Shown here: positions 13,295 to 26,174 of the stretch, one piece after another
Position numbering within the stretch: position 1 is the stretch's first letter
How the letters are laid out: every line of letters starts with the position of its first letter
Origin: Octopus vulgaris
Lineage: Eukaryota
Length of the DNA stretch: 64,000 nucleotides
Direction: 5' to 3'
Assembly: GCA_951406725.2 (NCBI GenBank)
Contig: OX597816.1
Location: forward strand, 124,124,001-124,188,000
Program-made: the position numbers and the translations under genes
The notes under the pieces: model-generated
Seen by the model: the letters and a program-made list of their open reading frames with translations, nothing else
Databases searched by the model: none
Told to the model about the DNA's origin: nothing

Positions 13295-14137
13295 GATATG
13301 ACAATTTACAGGTGTCATATCAAGCTGGTGGAAAAACTTTCATCATCATCGTATCCAGCACATGCTAAACATAAAGTGATCTTCTTACATACCTGATTTT
13401 GTTGTACTTGGGAAAGCCACCAACAGAATTGAGAAAGAGATAATTGTGGACCAGAGACATTATGCTGATCATGTTGTCAGTATAGAAGCTGGCAAGCTAC
13501 CAAAACTGATATTTTGTAGGGAGCTGACCAGTGAGAGGCCTTAGCACAACTCTAGAAAGCGGTTTAAGGATGCCCTAAAAAGTAACTTTACGGTTCTGGA
13601 GATTGGTATGGATATCTAGATAACATTGGTTGAAAGATGTAAATTATGGAGAGAGACTATCAAGTGCAGATATGAGATCTTTGAGCAAAAATGGAGTATG
13701 CTGCTTTGGAGCATTCACTCTCTAAGTGGGTCTCAAGTGTAGTGACCGCAAATCTCCAACAGGAATTGAAATGCAATATGTGTGGATAATCTCTCCTCTT
13801 GAGAGGAGGGTTCCTCAGCCATCTCAAGTCACATGAGCCAGTGTGAAGTCAAGCAGGTTGTAAGAGGGCTCTACAACCATGTGCACTGCGGTACATTTGT
13901 ACTGAAAACAGAAATAAATGTCACAACTCTGAACATTCCTGCAGAGTGGAAGTTGGGCTGATAAACCATTTGCATGCACATGATTGTACTATGTTCAATA
14001 AAGAGCTGGCACTCTTCTGACAAGAAGTAGCAATCAGCACATGTATGTATATATATATTTGTGTATGTTTGTGTAATGTATATATGTGTGTGTGTATATG
14101 TGTGTGTTTGTGTGTGTTTGTGTGTGTGCTATATGTG

Positions 14138-14175
<38 letters not shown>

Positions 14176-14177
<2 letters not shown>

Positions 14178-14476
14178 TGTTCCTTCTCGAGCCATGCCTG
14201 GCTTATAAGGGTCGGTTTTCCGGTTTCATTGGTGTATAGATTCCCCACCTGGATGGGCCGCCAGTCTGTCACAGGTGAGCTGGAAGATGCAGGAGGAAAG
14301 AGTGAGAGAAAGGTGTGGTGAAAGAGTCAACAGAAGTTCACCATTACCCTCTGCCGGAGCCACGTGGAACTTTGGTGTTTCGCTCATAAACACATACATT
14401 GCCCGGTCTGAGATTTGAACCCACAATCCCTTGACCGTGAGTCTGCTGCTCTGAACACTAGGCCATGTGCCTCCAG
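14176..14476 (-). mobile_element. tRNA-derived SINE with V/Meta-domain-like segment
   Basis: Minus: GGAGGCACATGGCCTAGTG (A box), GGGTTCAAATCTC (B box), CTGTGACAGACTGGCGGCCCATCCAGG, GAAACCGG. Confidence 0.75.
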
Positions 14477-14496
14477 ATATATATATATATATGTAT

Positions 14497-14527
<31 letters not shown>

Positions 14528-14928
14528 TATATGATACATACATACATACACGCATACATACATATATACACAGAGTCTGCTGTGATGAATCTACAAACAA
14601 ACACACATAACATGTAAGGGTATAGTTTTTCCTTCAGAAGAGATTATGTTCAGAAATATGAATTTAATATTTAATTAATTTCACTGTGTATAGTTGAAAC
14701 AGCTGTAAGGAATAATGATTGAGTTGTTGCTGATAATAAACACTTATTAGTTTCAAAATTTCCATTTTCTTTTTTTTTTCTGTGCATGAATATAAATCAC
14801 AGTTTATATACAGACCTATTATCTTAAGGAAATGAATTCCCCCCAAATTATTAGATATTGACCCAGTATTTCCTTGGATGACATCATCCCTTCCTGAGGC
14901 TACATAACCTCTTACTGAGTTCTCTCTC

Positions 14929-15002
<74 letters not shown>

Positions 15003-15276
15003 CATGCATACACACATATGCAATCACATGCACAAACACATACACACGCATAAAAGTAATAATCTAAATGAAGAAAGGAGAACTCAAATTGACATTACAA
15101 TTGTTTCTGTAAACAGATAATATCAATTATTTTATATCTTATACAATTCATATAATCTATAATGATGATGATGATATACTATAATGGAGAAAGCTGATTT
15201 ATTAATAGGTGTGTAACAATTGCTAAAATTACTAAAAGAAAGCAATTACTAAAGGGGTGACAGTCTGGGAATCATA

Positions 15277-15755
15277 ATCATCATCATCGTTTAACATCCG
15301 CTTTCCATGCTAGCATGGGTTGGATGGCTTGACTGAGGGCTGGCAAACCAGATGGCTGCACTAGGTTCCAATCTGATCTGGCAGAGTTTCTACAGCTGGA
15401 TGCCCTTCTTAATGCCAGCCACTCCGAGAGTGTAGTGGGTGCTTTTACGTGCCACCAGCACGGGGGCCAGTCAGGCGGTACAGGCAACGACCTCGCTCGA
15501 ATCTTTTTACACATGCCAACGGCAAAGGTGCCAGTAAGGCAATGCTGGTAATGATCCCGCTCGAATGGTGCCTCCTACATGCCAATGGCATCGAAGCCAG
15601 TTAGCTGCCCTGGCAATGATCATGCTCGGATGGTGCTCTTAGCACCCTACTAGCATGGGGCACAAGTGCCAGTAAGGCAAGGCTGATAATGATCACATTT
15701 GAATGGTGCCTTTTATGTGTCACTGGCACGGGGGCTTCTGTGCCAGTGGCACATA
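15277..15755 (-). mobile_element. RTE 3' UTR fragment with about 65-bp internal tandem subrepeats
   Basis: Homologous to 28843-29330, the 3' UTR of the RTE ORF ending at 29466; (CAT)n tail on the plus strand. Confidence 0.8.
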
Positions 15756-15877
15756 AACAATAATTTCCCCCATAAACAACAAATGGATAAAGTTTTCAGA
15801 AATAATCCAATAGACTTACCATTAATTCCGTGAAATATTCACGGGCTCATGTAGCTGCTTTTCTATAATAATGATGA

Positions 15878-16003
15878 TAATCCTTCCTGTTAAAGGCCTG
15901 GGGCCTGAAATTTACAGAGAGGGGATTAGTTGATTACATTGATCCTGATGTTTCACTGGTACTTAATTTATCAACTCCGAAAGGATGAAAGGCAAAGTCA
16001 ACC
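15878..16003 (-). mobile_element. SINE family B 3' fragment
   Basis: GGCCTGAAATTT...CTGGTACTTAATTTATC...AAAGGATGAAAGGCAAAGTCAACC. Confidence 0.7.
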
Positions 16004-16525
16004 CTTCTTCATTCCTTCGTCTGCTTTCATGGTGTTGTTGTTGTTGGTGGTGGTGCTGCTGCTGTAGTCGTCGTCATTATTGTTGCTGCTAGTACTTTTG
16101 CACTTTTTTACTGTTGTCACAGCAACAAGAGGAAATTATATTTTTCCGTGGCAGAAATGCATTTCACCTTCAGCTACCTTTCTATTCGGAGTTATAACTG
16201 AGTCAACAGAAGGTTGCTCTTGGTCGATTATTATTATTTTTGCATAATCTGACATTTTTTAAAATTGGAAAAAATTAATAAAATCTTGTTTTCACAAAAA
16301 TGCAAAAATGAGAAACAATTATTACACCCCCCACCAAAAAAAAGGGGGTGCAATTACACAAAATGTTACCACCACGATCCAGACAAGGCAAGCAGAATAC
16401 TTGTTAAATAAAATTTTGAATGAACAGACTGGAACCAGCCAAAATGCTTGATTAAAAACTTACAAATCACCAAGCTCCAACTTGTATGACTTCACAAGCT
16501 GATGGTAATAATGATGATAATAATA

Positions 16526-16741
16526 ATCCTTTCTACTATAGGCACAAGGCCTGGGTTTCGTGGGGAGAAGGACAGTCAATCACATTGACCCCAGTACTCA
16601 ACTGGTACTTAATTTATTGAACCCGAAAAGAATGTAAGCAAAGTCAACCTCAGTGGAATTTGAACCCAGAACATTAAGACAGACGAAATGCTGCTAAGCA
16701 TTCTGCCCAGTGTGCTAATGATTCTGCCAACTCACTGCCTA
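16526..16741 (-). mobile_element. SINE family B, full length
   Basis: Reverse complement of the 61315 consensus; AAT-rich flanks. Confidence 0.8.
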
Positions 16742-16782
16742 AAACAACAACAATAATAAAAGTGATAATAATAATAATAATG

Positions 16783-16831
<49 letters not shown>

Positions 16832-16833
<2 letters not shown>

Positions 16834-17390
16834 TATGCCCTGATGCAGTACCAGGCAGTGGCTCTCATGGCTTCTGATCTTAACTGATTGGAAGTGTTAT
16901 CATGTACATTGTTTTGTCTTGGTATAAAAGATGGGCTACAGCAAATATTCTGCTCAATACCACAGATTTGCTTGTCAGTTGTTTGACCTTAACCAGTTGA
17001 GCATGTCCCTTAGTGGCTGACGATATGTGCATCTCTGATCACGAGCAGAAGTAGTGGGGGAGCATCATAGCCAAGTGTTGAGAGGGATTCTTTGGGGTTT
17101 GAATAATTCACCTCTGGAAACATGGGTGGTTCTTTCAACATCCTTAAACAACCCTTATTCAGGGACCTTTTGAGCGGGATGGGCTACTCAACCTGAAGAA
17201 AATTCTAACTGGGCCCCACCTGCAAGGTCATGTGCTGTTTATCTTGATATGAGATCACCATGTCGCGCACATATGGTTGTGATGCATGTGCCTGGTGTAC
17301 CTTTATCAGACGGGTAGTCATGATGGGTATATTGGGCTTCGTATATTTTAGCCCAGTGTCACTTTGATGGCATGCACTGCTCTCTCACTC
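16832..17390. mobile_element. Non-coding about 560-bp interspersed repeat inserted in (AAT)n
   Basis: (AAT)n on both sides; a diverged partial copy in the opposite orientation at about 33955-34120. Confidence 0.65.
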
Positions 17391-17420
17391 AATAATAATA
17401 ATAATAATAATTTTTATAAA

Positions 17421-17650
17421 TACAGTTCTGTATTTCTGAGATAAAGAATTTATATATTATGTATTTGTTGAAGTGGTATCCTCATCTTGATTTTTGCTTT
17501 CACTAAGTTACAGGTGAGTACACTCGAATGCATGACACCTGAAGAAGGATGGAGTGGAGTGTACACAGTGGAAATGCAGTGAAAGCAACACTCAAAAGAA
17601 GGATACCACTTCAACAAACACATAATACATGATAGATAATCTTGATATCT
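17421..17650 (+). mobile_element. PLE-related fragment with inverted terminal segment and hammerhead relic
   Basis: Inverted repeat 17455-17504 / 17578-17627; GACAC-CTGAAGA-AGG...GAAAT-GCA-GTG; shares TACAGTTCT and TCCTCATCTTG with 37001-37297. Confidence 0.55.
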
Positions 17651-18039
17651 GCTTTACCATATATATAAATGTGCTGGATTTTCTTTTGTATCACGTCTTG
17701 CCATTTGTTACACTGCTCTATCATTTTCTTCATGAAGTTCAGCCTTTTGAGATCAGATTTTGTCACTTATTCCAGTGTTTTCCGTCACCTTCCTCTCACA
17801 GATTTTTCCTGTTGTGATTACAAGGCACTTTATATCTTTTCCTTTAGAATCATCCTCCATACAAATTACATATCTGTAGCATTGCAGTATTCTTTCTTAT
17901 GCGTTACATCTATTTCCAGTTATGTCCAGTTATCCTTCTAGTTTATCTTGTGCTTTGTGCTTCTTCGTCATTTACGCACACTAATATCACATAATAAGTA
18001 GAACTTGCTTGATTCACTTCCTTTCAACAGTTGCATGTG

Positions 18040-18079
<40 letters not shown>

Positions 18080-20198
18080 ACACATGCGTAAACAACTGTC
18101 ACTGTCCTACAAGTGGTGTCTCTCGTTTACATTCCACTGGGGATACATGTTCAGCTTGCAAACTGGTGAAGGTTGGTAACAAGGTCATCAGTCCATAAAA
18201 AAATCTGCCTCAATGAAATCTGTCTGACCTATGGGAAAACGGGTCATTAGAAGGATGGCAATGATGATGGTGATGATGATGATTGTGTGTGTGTATGCAT
18301 GTGTGTGTGTGTATATTCATATATGTATGTATTTATGTATCTATATGCACATGCATTTATGTATGTGAGTGTGTGCAAGTATTTGAGTGTTCACTCTTAC
18401 ATATATATATATACACATATATATATATAGTGAGAGAGAGAGAGAGAGAAAGATATATATATATGTATATATAGAAAGAGAGAGAGGTGGAGAACATCCA
18501 TCTGTGTATGTGTGTTTGTATGTATGTCATAAAAGAAATCGTCTCATATACATACATACATATATATATATATATTACAAATTGAAATGTCAATAGGTAT
18601 GACTCTATCCCCAAATCTAAGAACTGTCATGCTGGACCATTTGAAGAACTTGCCTAGTTCTTAAGAAACATGTAATAATTATCATTCAAGATCATTCAAG
18701 ATCAAATGTGTAAGAAGTTGAAAGACTGTCGGTGGAATTTTCATACCACAAAGAATATCCAAGCTGTAGCTAAAGGAAAATAAAGGAACAAAATATGGAG
18801 GGAAAAACAAATAAAAATAAAACCAGGCTGACTTATTGAAGCACACAGAGCATACAATGCCATGAGAATTTTATTATTACTTCACATAGCTCAATTTCCA
18901 TCTAAGTTGATCGTGCCTTTCATCCCTTCAGGTTAGATTAAAACAAGTTCCTGTAAAATACTAAGACCAATTATATTGACTATATCTCTATTATTTGTTA
19001 TATTAACATTATGCCAGATCAAAAGATAGTGTGTTATTACTTATATTATTAACGCAGTGGAAGGTCAGAAGTGGTAATGCAACAGACTGCATACTGCTAA
19101 TTGCACTTAGTTCTATTTCTCTGAGTTTTGTGTTCAAATTACACTGGAGTAGCTTTCATTTTTGCTATATTTCATAAATATCTAGCATGTTGCATGTATT
19201 AATAAGGAGAAATAAAATCAAGCAACCACTTTATCTCTAAAATATCTGCTGTTGATGAAAGATATTCATGTTATAATATTATTAATTTTTCACATTCATA
19301 ATCAATGGTAGTAGCATATAGGCTGTCTTTTGACCGATTATAAATAGCAGCCAAATTTCCCTGTCTTTGAGCTTGAAAATAGAGCCTCTCTCAGTCAATG
19401 TTGATCATGTATCTACACATGTTTATGCAGGTTTGAGCAAAATGTTTTGAGGAAGACTAGTGGATGCCCTTGCATGCAAGCCTTCTTTTCAAGCTGATGC
19501 TGCTAATCCAAGGAAGAGGTCAACAACTTGGATTGAGGTAGATTGACACTGATACCATTACAGGTGTTAGTGCAAGAAAGCAAAGAGACAGAGCAATTAC
19601 CTCAAGGCATCTCTCTTGACCCTCTAGAAATTCCACTCATCCATTGCCCTTCATTGGTACTTTTTTGTAATTTAACTCTGAAAGGATTAAAGGCAAAGTT
19701 GGCCACTATGGGATTTGAACTCAAAACACAGAGAGTCAGATAAAATGCTGTAAGGCACTCTATACAGCACTTCAATGACTTAGTCAACTCACTTAAAAAT
19801 ATGATATACACATAAGGATAATAAGATCCCAGATATTGTATGTCTACTACAATATTGAAAATGTTACATTTGATCATAGTTCTGTTTGATCAGGACTGAC
19901 CTATGCTAATTAACAACTGCAAATATTGGTGTTCTGTGGAGCAATTGTGCAGTTGTGTAATGTATAGAAGTTGGATCTGAATGACAATAAAATCTATTAG
20001 TATTATTGCTTCCTCAGATGGTCTTTACAAGTATTATAAGTGAGATTGCCTTTAAATTATATTTAAAGGATTTTGTTCTTTTGATATTTTGCATATTTAA
20101 TCAAACACTGCTTTAAGGGACACTGGCTGGCATAGAGAAATAGATTTGCTGGAGATGCCATCTGCATAAATATAAAATATAATGCTTAAATAATTATG

Positions 20199-20500
20199 GC
20201 ATATGGCTCAGTGATTAGATCATTGAGCTCACAATCATGAGGAAGTGAGTTCGATTCCCAGACTGAGTTGTTATGTTCTTGAGCAAAACACTTTATTTCA
20301 AGTTGCCCCAGTTCACTCAGCTGTAGAAATGAGTTGCGACTTTCCTTGGACAAATTCAGTGACATGAGAAAAGAGACTGGTATGTATGGGCAACTGCTGG
20401 TCTTCCATAAGCAACTTTACCTGGACTTGCGCCTTGGAGGATAACCTTCTAGGTGCAATCCCATGGCCATTCATGACTGAAGGGGGTCTTTACCCTATAT
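20199..20500 (+). mobile_element. tRNA-derived SINE
   Basis: GGCATATGGCTCAGTGATTAG (A box), GAGTTCGATTCCC (B box), TTCTTGAGCAAAACACTTTATTTC core. Confidence 0.75.
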
Positions 20501-20525
20501 CCCCTTTACTTAAATTATTGTTAGA

Positions 20526-20871
20526 CTAGTAGCATAACCTTGCCTTGGCCAGGATCAAGTTATGACTATTAAACTAATCAAGTTCTTTATTTCAAACCAA
20601 ACTAAGTAATATAGACGTCAAATTTGGGCAAAATCCGTTGAAATTAGTTATATTATATATATACTCTTTTACTCTTTTACTTGTTTCAGTCATTTGACTG
20701 TGGCCATGCTGGAGCACAGCCTTTAGTCGAGCAAATCGACCCCGGGACTTATTCTTTGTAAGCCCAGTACTTATTCTATCGGTCTCTTTTGCCGAAAGCT
20801 AAGTGACGGGGACGTAAACACACCAGCATCGGTTGTCAAGCAATGCTACGGAGACAAACACAGACACACAA

Positions 20872-20926
<55 letters not shown>

Positions 20927-21734
20927 TACGACAGGCTTCTTTCAGTTTCCATCTACCAAATCCACTCACAAGGCATTGGTCAGCCCGGGGTTATAGCAGA
21001 AGACACTTGCCCAAGATGCCACGCAGTGAGACTGAACCTGGAACCATGTGGTTGGTTAGCAAGCTACTTACCACACAGCCACTCCTGCGCCTTTTTGTTA
21101 TATATATATATATATATATTATATATATTATATATATATAATATGGTATAAATATATATGGGCAACAGACACGAACACACATATACACACATACGTACAC
21201 CTATTACATGTTTTGTACACACATACATGTTCATAAACAGAAATGAATGTAAAAACTGTTGTTAAATTTGTAGATTAACACTCGCACGATTTTCACTAAA
21301 GTATATTATACTATGATTATAAAATATAGTGTCTTTCAAAAACAAAAAACAAAGCATTTTACATTCTATTTTTTATGAACGACATAACTTACTCTCTCTG
21401 TCTCTCTCCCTCTCTCACTTTGTCTTTCCTGTGAAACTCTCTGCCTCCTTCTTCCACTTTTCTTTATCTTATTTTTTGTTTGTTAGACACCATCAAAAAA
21501 GCCAAGGCTGATATTTTTCATGGCTAAAAGCTATGTCTGAAAATAGATACTTACGCTACCCACGGGTGCCTGGGGGGAAAGAAATAAGTTGACAAAACCC
21601 AGATAGGATGTTGACAAATGTCCTCTGAAAATTGGAGTGAAATGCGTGCTAATTTGTGGACATGCATAAATTACAATCACCTACACACACATACACACAC
21701 ACATGCACACACATCCTCCCTTTTATAGATATGA
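20526..21734 (-). mobile_element. Non-autonomous Helitron carrying a nested SINE
   Basis: Minus-strand 3' end CTAG|T with near-perfect palindrome CCTTGCC-TT-GGCCAGG about 8 nt inside; 5' end A|TC near 21734 after a (CA)n tract; no TSD. Confidence 0.6.
20664..21090 (-). mobile_element. SINE family A, full length
   Basis: Minus: GGAGTGGCTGTGTGGTAAGTAGCTTGC...GGTTCAGTCTCAC, internal (TA)n, tail AAACAAGTAAAAGAGTAAAAGAG. Confidence 0.85.
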
Positions 21735-23159
21735 TTAAACATAGATTATCAGGGAGAAGAAACAACAGTCAACACCTAAAATTGCTCTCAGTTTTGCAGT
21801 ATGGGAGATAACTCTGTACATGTTTTGGTCTAATTCTTATCTCATCAATAAAGCATTAACTTTGCTGTATTACCAATGATGAATGAATCACTATGTAAAT
21901 GTACAAAAACGCTCACTGGTTGATGTAATAAAACAGAATTGTTTAAAGAATTTATAATTCAGAGATGCTAACCATGTACAAAATAATAGTGAGGTTTGTT
22001 TTAAGGAATGGGCATTAAATAACACAAAATAATTATTTGATCAACAACTTGTATTGTTTATATTATTTCAGCAAATTTGGAAGACAACACCTGATATATT
22101 TCAGGCTAATTATCACCTCATCAGCAAAGCATAGTCATTATTTTCATCATCCCAGTTGTAAGGTATATATTTAAGACTTCTCATCTCAGATCTTTGTCAT
22201 TTCACCTGTGAAGTTAAAGCTCCTAATATCTGACATCATTCTGTTCAAATGATCCTGAGTTTCTATCTACTAAATATCTTTCCATGAACAGTATATTGCA
22301 CTTTTTCAACAACACCAAATGATCCACCTACATTGCAGTTCCATACCAAAGCAGTTAACTACCCAGTGTATAAAGGCTAATTTATTTCATGTTTAGTTAC
22401 TCTCATAAGTTATAGGTGATGTGATTTTTATCCAGTACATCATCTCATACTCATTGTCTATTTGCTTCTCATGTCTATACTGGTACAGTCAATTACTTTG
22501 CACACTTCAGCTAATGAGCTACCAGAAATAACAGCCAAATCTTTCCCAGATCACACCTTACTACTTTAAATAAATAAATAACACATTTGGTAATGAAGTC
22601 CCTGATATACAAGATGGCTTCAATATCCTTTGATCATAGATCTACTTTATGAGTGTTTATTTAAGCTAAACAACTTTAGTTGTTGACTTTAATGTCCTGC
22701 TCCTTTCTCAGCTCCCTTGTACTGAACTTCTCATGCAAGCTAAGTACACATTCACCACATCAGATACATTTCATTCCTCTCTTCATACAATACCCCATCT
22801 TCTTATAACCATGCAGCTTCATGCATTTCAAGTATGTTTCATATAATTAAATTATGATATAAAACGAAAAAGCCTTTCCTATTTTCTAACCCCATATCAG
22901 CCCTGGGATGAGGTGACCTGTGATCAAATTTGTTTCAGTATTTTTTTCTCAGACGTTTTGTATTTCATTCCATGTTATACAAGATTTCTCTTCCATTTTT
23001 AAAGGGTAGGTTGTAATATGAAGGAAAACTGACAACATTTTTTAACAGGAAATGCAGCTGCTTTTTCTTAATGATCAAATGACCACGATGGAATTTTCTT
23101 TGTTGGCACATTTCTGAATATATCATTTTTCACATTATTTTAATATTTATATCTATATC

Positions 23160-23390
23160 AAGGCAGGAAACTGGCAGAATCGTTATTACACCAGTCAAAA
23201 TGCTTAGCAGTATTTCATCCATCTTTACATTCTGAGTTCAAATTCTGCCACAGTTCACTTTGCTTTTCACCCTTTTGTGCTTGATAAAGTAAAGTGCCAG
23301 TTGAACATTGGGGACGATGTAATCAATTCATCCCTACCCTTGCAAAAAGAAAAAAAACTTGCTGGACTTATGCCAAACTTTAAAACCAAT
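23160..23390 (+). mobile_element. SINE family B
   Basis: CTGGCAGAATCGTTA...TTCTGAGTTCAAATTCTGCC...TTTGCTTTTCA. Confidence 0.75.
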
Positions 23391-23424
23391 ATATATTACT
23401 GATATACTGATTAATGAACTGAAC

Positions 23425-23477
<53 letters not shown>

Positions 23478-25260
23478 GTTGCTGCTGCTGCTGTTGTTGT
23501 CGTTGTTGTTAAGCAACAAGACGGGTAAGGGTGATTAGGTGAAAAAAAAACTTTGGTTGTCTTGTTATAGTCGAGGGCTTTTTGTTGACGCCCAACACCA
23601 CTGGGAGGTGGCTCTTGAAGTCGCTGGAAATGGAGATCTCCAGGTCCAAAATCTTGAACGGCTGCTGCTGCTGCTTAAAGTAGTAGAGTGCTACAAATGT
23701 AGTCAAAATCTGTATCAATGAATTAAATAGATAATAGTATTTCGTTGCATCAGTTTACCTTCAGTATTTCATATGGAGATCTATGAAATAATCACTTTAT
23801 GTACAATGATCAAGCTATTTCATTGTGCACCTTGCTTGTAGATTATTTGGCCTTGTGTAATGGGCGAAAAAAATAATAGTTAATTTGTTTCAAAAGAGAG
23901 TTAAATTATAGTATGATTTATTTTAATGAAACAAGAGAAATAATTATTTATTTATTACAAAACAGAACGTAAACGTATAGAAGCTATTTATTTTAATGAA
24001 AATGTGACACTTTTTAAATTTTAATCAGATCTTTATAAAGAGGATCATAGCCACTAAGCATTCGATGGCAATTTTAACAAAACGTTAACTGCAAAAGACA
24101 CAATTTTTTCTTCTTTTTTCTGCAAAAGAAGGATACTGTTAAATTATGTCTTTCTTTCCAAAAATATCATTGTCGGTATCATTATCATTATTGAGAAGGT
24201 GAGGGTAGAGCAGGATTTTGTAGAGGGATCTACATAGCTAGTCACATCTGATAGGGGAAAGCGGAGGAGAGGGAGAGAGAAAATGATGAGCAAAAGCTGC
24301 AAGAGATGGATAATGGTGATTAAGTGCCCAAGTGGCTGCCCAAAGCACAAGCCAAGTAAAACTGGGTGGGCAGGTGGGTTGTCTACAAGATTGAATAAGA
24401 AAGTGAATGACGGGGTAAGGGATAGACTGCCAAAATGATTAAGGCTGGAGGATGGATGAACAAAAAGCTATAAACTGGAGAAAATAGAAGGATGAAGAGA
24501 TGGAGAGGTTCACAAGTGACAGGAATAGTCAAATGCTTGGAGGAGGACGAGAGAGAGAGAGAGACAGAGAGAGAGAGTTGACATGGTTAGGTAGTCAGTG
24601 GAAACTGGTGGCAGGAGAAGAGGTAGGCATATTGCATGAGAGGGTGCAACAGAGGTGGAGAGCATTGTAACAGAGGTGGAGAGCATGAAATTTGGCACTT
24701 TCAGAACTTAGTTATGCTGAGGAGGCTATGTCTTTTCAAGAACCTCATGTTGCCAAAGATTTTGGCCCTTTATCATCTCTTTCATCAGGCTCAGGGTTCT
24801 GAGGTCAGCCTTCATCACTTCATCCCCTGTATTCCTTGGTTTCCCTCTTCCATAAATTCCAGTACTTCCATAAATTCCAGTGATCAGCACTACTTTATAC
24901 AGCTGTCTTCATCCATATACATCCCATGTCCACACCAGTGCTGTCTTCTTTCTTGAACACAACATCCAATTCTTCTGATGTCCAGTTTTTCACTCAACAT
25001 TTTTATATTAATCATTTAATGCACATTTACATTGCACCCTACAAAGCTTGCTTGTTTCAACAAATGATGTTCAAATATTTTTCAGTTGGTTTGTGGTAGC
25101 GTGTGAGTGAATAAAGATAGCAATTATTGATGATGTAAATTGAATAACAGATTAGATGCTTTAATGTAACTACTGTTGCTCTGAAATCTATTGGTGTTAC
25201 TGTAGGGTAGTAGAGTTTTATTAGCACTTTTAAGTTGAAATACTATAAAAGCAGCAAAAA

Positions 25261-25545
25261 GCAAAGAGGCCTGACATTGCTATGAAGGTTAAATGCATGC
25301 TTATCAACATAACAATACCATCTGAAAGAAACATTTCTGTGAAAGACTCAGAGAAGCTGACTACGTACAAAGACATTCTGATTGACATCAGCTGTATGTG
25401 GAGTATGAAGACTGAAATGATTCCAATGGTCATCTGAGATCTGACTTATGAAGAAAAGGGAAAAGCTCCTGGGCAACTTCAATATCTACATAAAGCACAA
25501 AACTGCCCATTGAGGACAGCCTACATTCTGTGAAAGTGCTGTAAA
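25261..25545 (+). mobile_element. R4/Dong-like RLE LINE endonuclease fragment
   Basis: AKRPDIAMKVKCMLINITIPSERNISVKDSEKLTTYKDILIDISCMWSMKTEMIPMVI, matching the RLE domain of 30529-30970 and 31362-31661. Confidence 0.7.
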
Positions 25546-25648
25546 TTGAGTGGCACATTCTCTATAGAATTTCAGGTACCATAGACCAATAAGATACCTA
25601 AGATTGATAAGCAAAAAACATACTTTAGTTCAACGATGTACCATAGAA

Positions 25649-26174
25649 CAGTGGTCTCCAATATTTTTATACCATAGACTGGCTTCATGACAGACAATCT
25701 TTCCACAGACCAACAGTAGCACATATGTGTAATTTGACTGCATTTCAATAAAGAGAGCCATAATAAAAAAAGCAAAGGGAAGAAAACTTGTATAATCCTT
25801 TGACTCTCATCTACCAAAATTCTTTAAAATTTGAAAATTAGTTGGGATTAGAAAATTAGTTGAAAATTATTGCAAATGAATAAAAATATACATTGATTGT
25901 GAAATGTACTTACAGTTATGATAGATAGGAAAGGTAGACGTAAAATACATATTAATTATAAAAGTATGCATTAATTATAAAATGTACTTACAGTTATGAT
26001 AGCTAGTATTCAGTAGGTGAATATTGAATATTTAAACAAATCTTTTAAAACTAAAGTACAATATTCAATTTAACTATTATATAATTTTAAACAAGTTAAT
26101 TATTTCTTTGCAGCCCAGTAACAAATGATCCATGGACCAGTACCAGTCCATGGCCTGATGGTTGGGGACCTCTG
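25649..26174. mobile_element. hAT (Charlie/Buster-type) MITE
   Basis: TIRs CAGTGGTCTCCAA / TTGGGGACCTCTG; 8-bp TSD CCATAGAA / CCATAGAG with central TA. Confidence 0.85.

Larger units (their letters stand above)
12260..13990 (+). mobile_element. Decayed RTE (BovB-like) LINE C-terminal region, split by a SINE plus microsatellite insertion (about 12445-13296)
   Basis: [22 protein letters not shown] before the insertion; KLPKLIFCREL, RKRFKDALKSN and a C2H2-like CNMCG...SHLKSH after it. Confidence 0.75.

Noticed and set aside
11360-13396. YI/HT/CM-rich ORFs, also at 44-48 kb and 55-57 kb
   Set aside because: Di- and tetranucleotide repeat artefacts
15815-15872. Minus-strand mini-exon with strong GTAAGT donor and a CCGTGAA/TTCACGG hairpin
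   Set aside because: All three frames contain stops and the acceptor is weak
15998-16255. Minus-strand 39-codon ORF MSDYAKIIII... continuing 45 codons past one TAA (readthrough idea)
   Set aside because: No recognisable domain, much of the downstream frame is low-complexity trinucleotide sequence, and it ends in a SINE
16836-16910. HDV-like ribozyme at the end of the AAT-flanked element
   Set aside because: Two local hairpins only; could not assign P1.1, P2, P3 or a catalytic C
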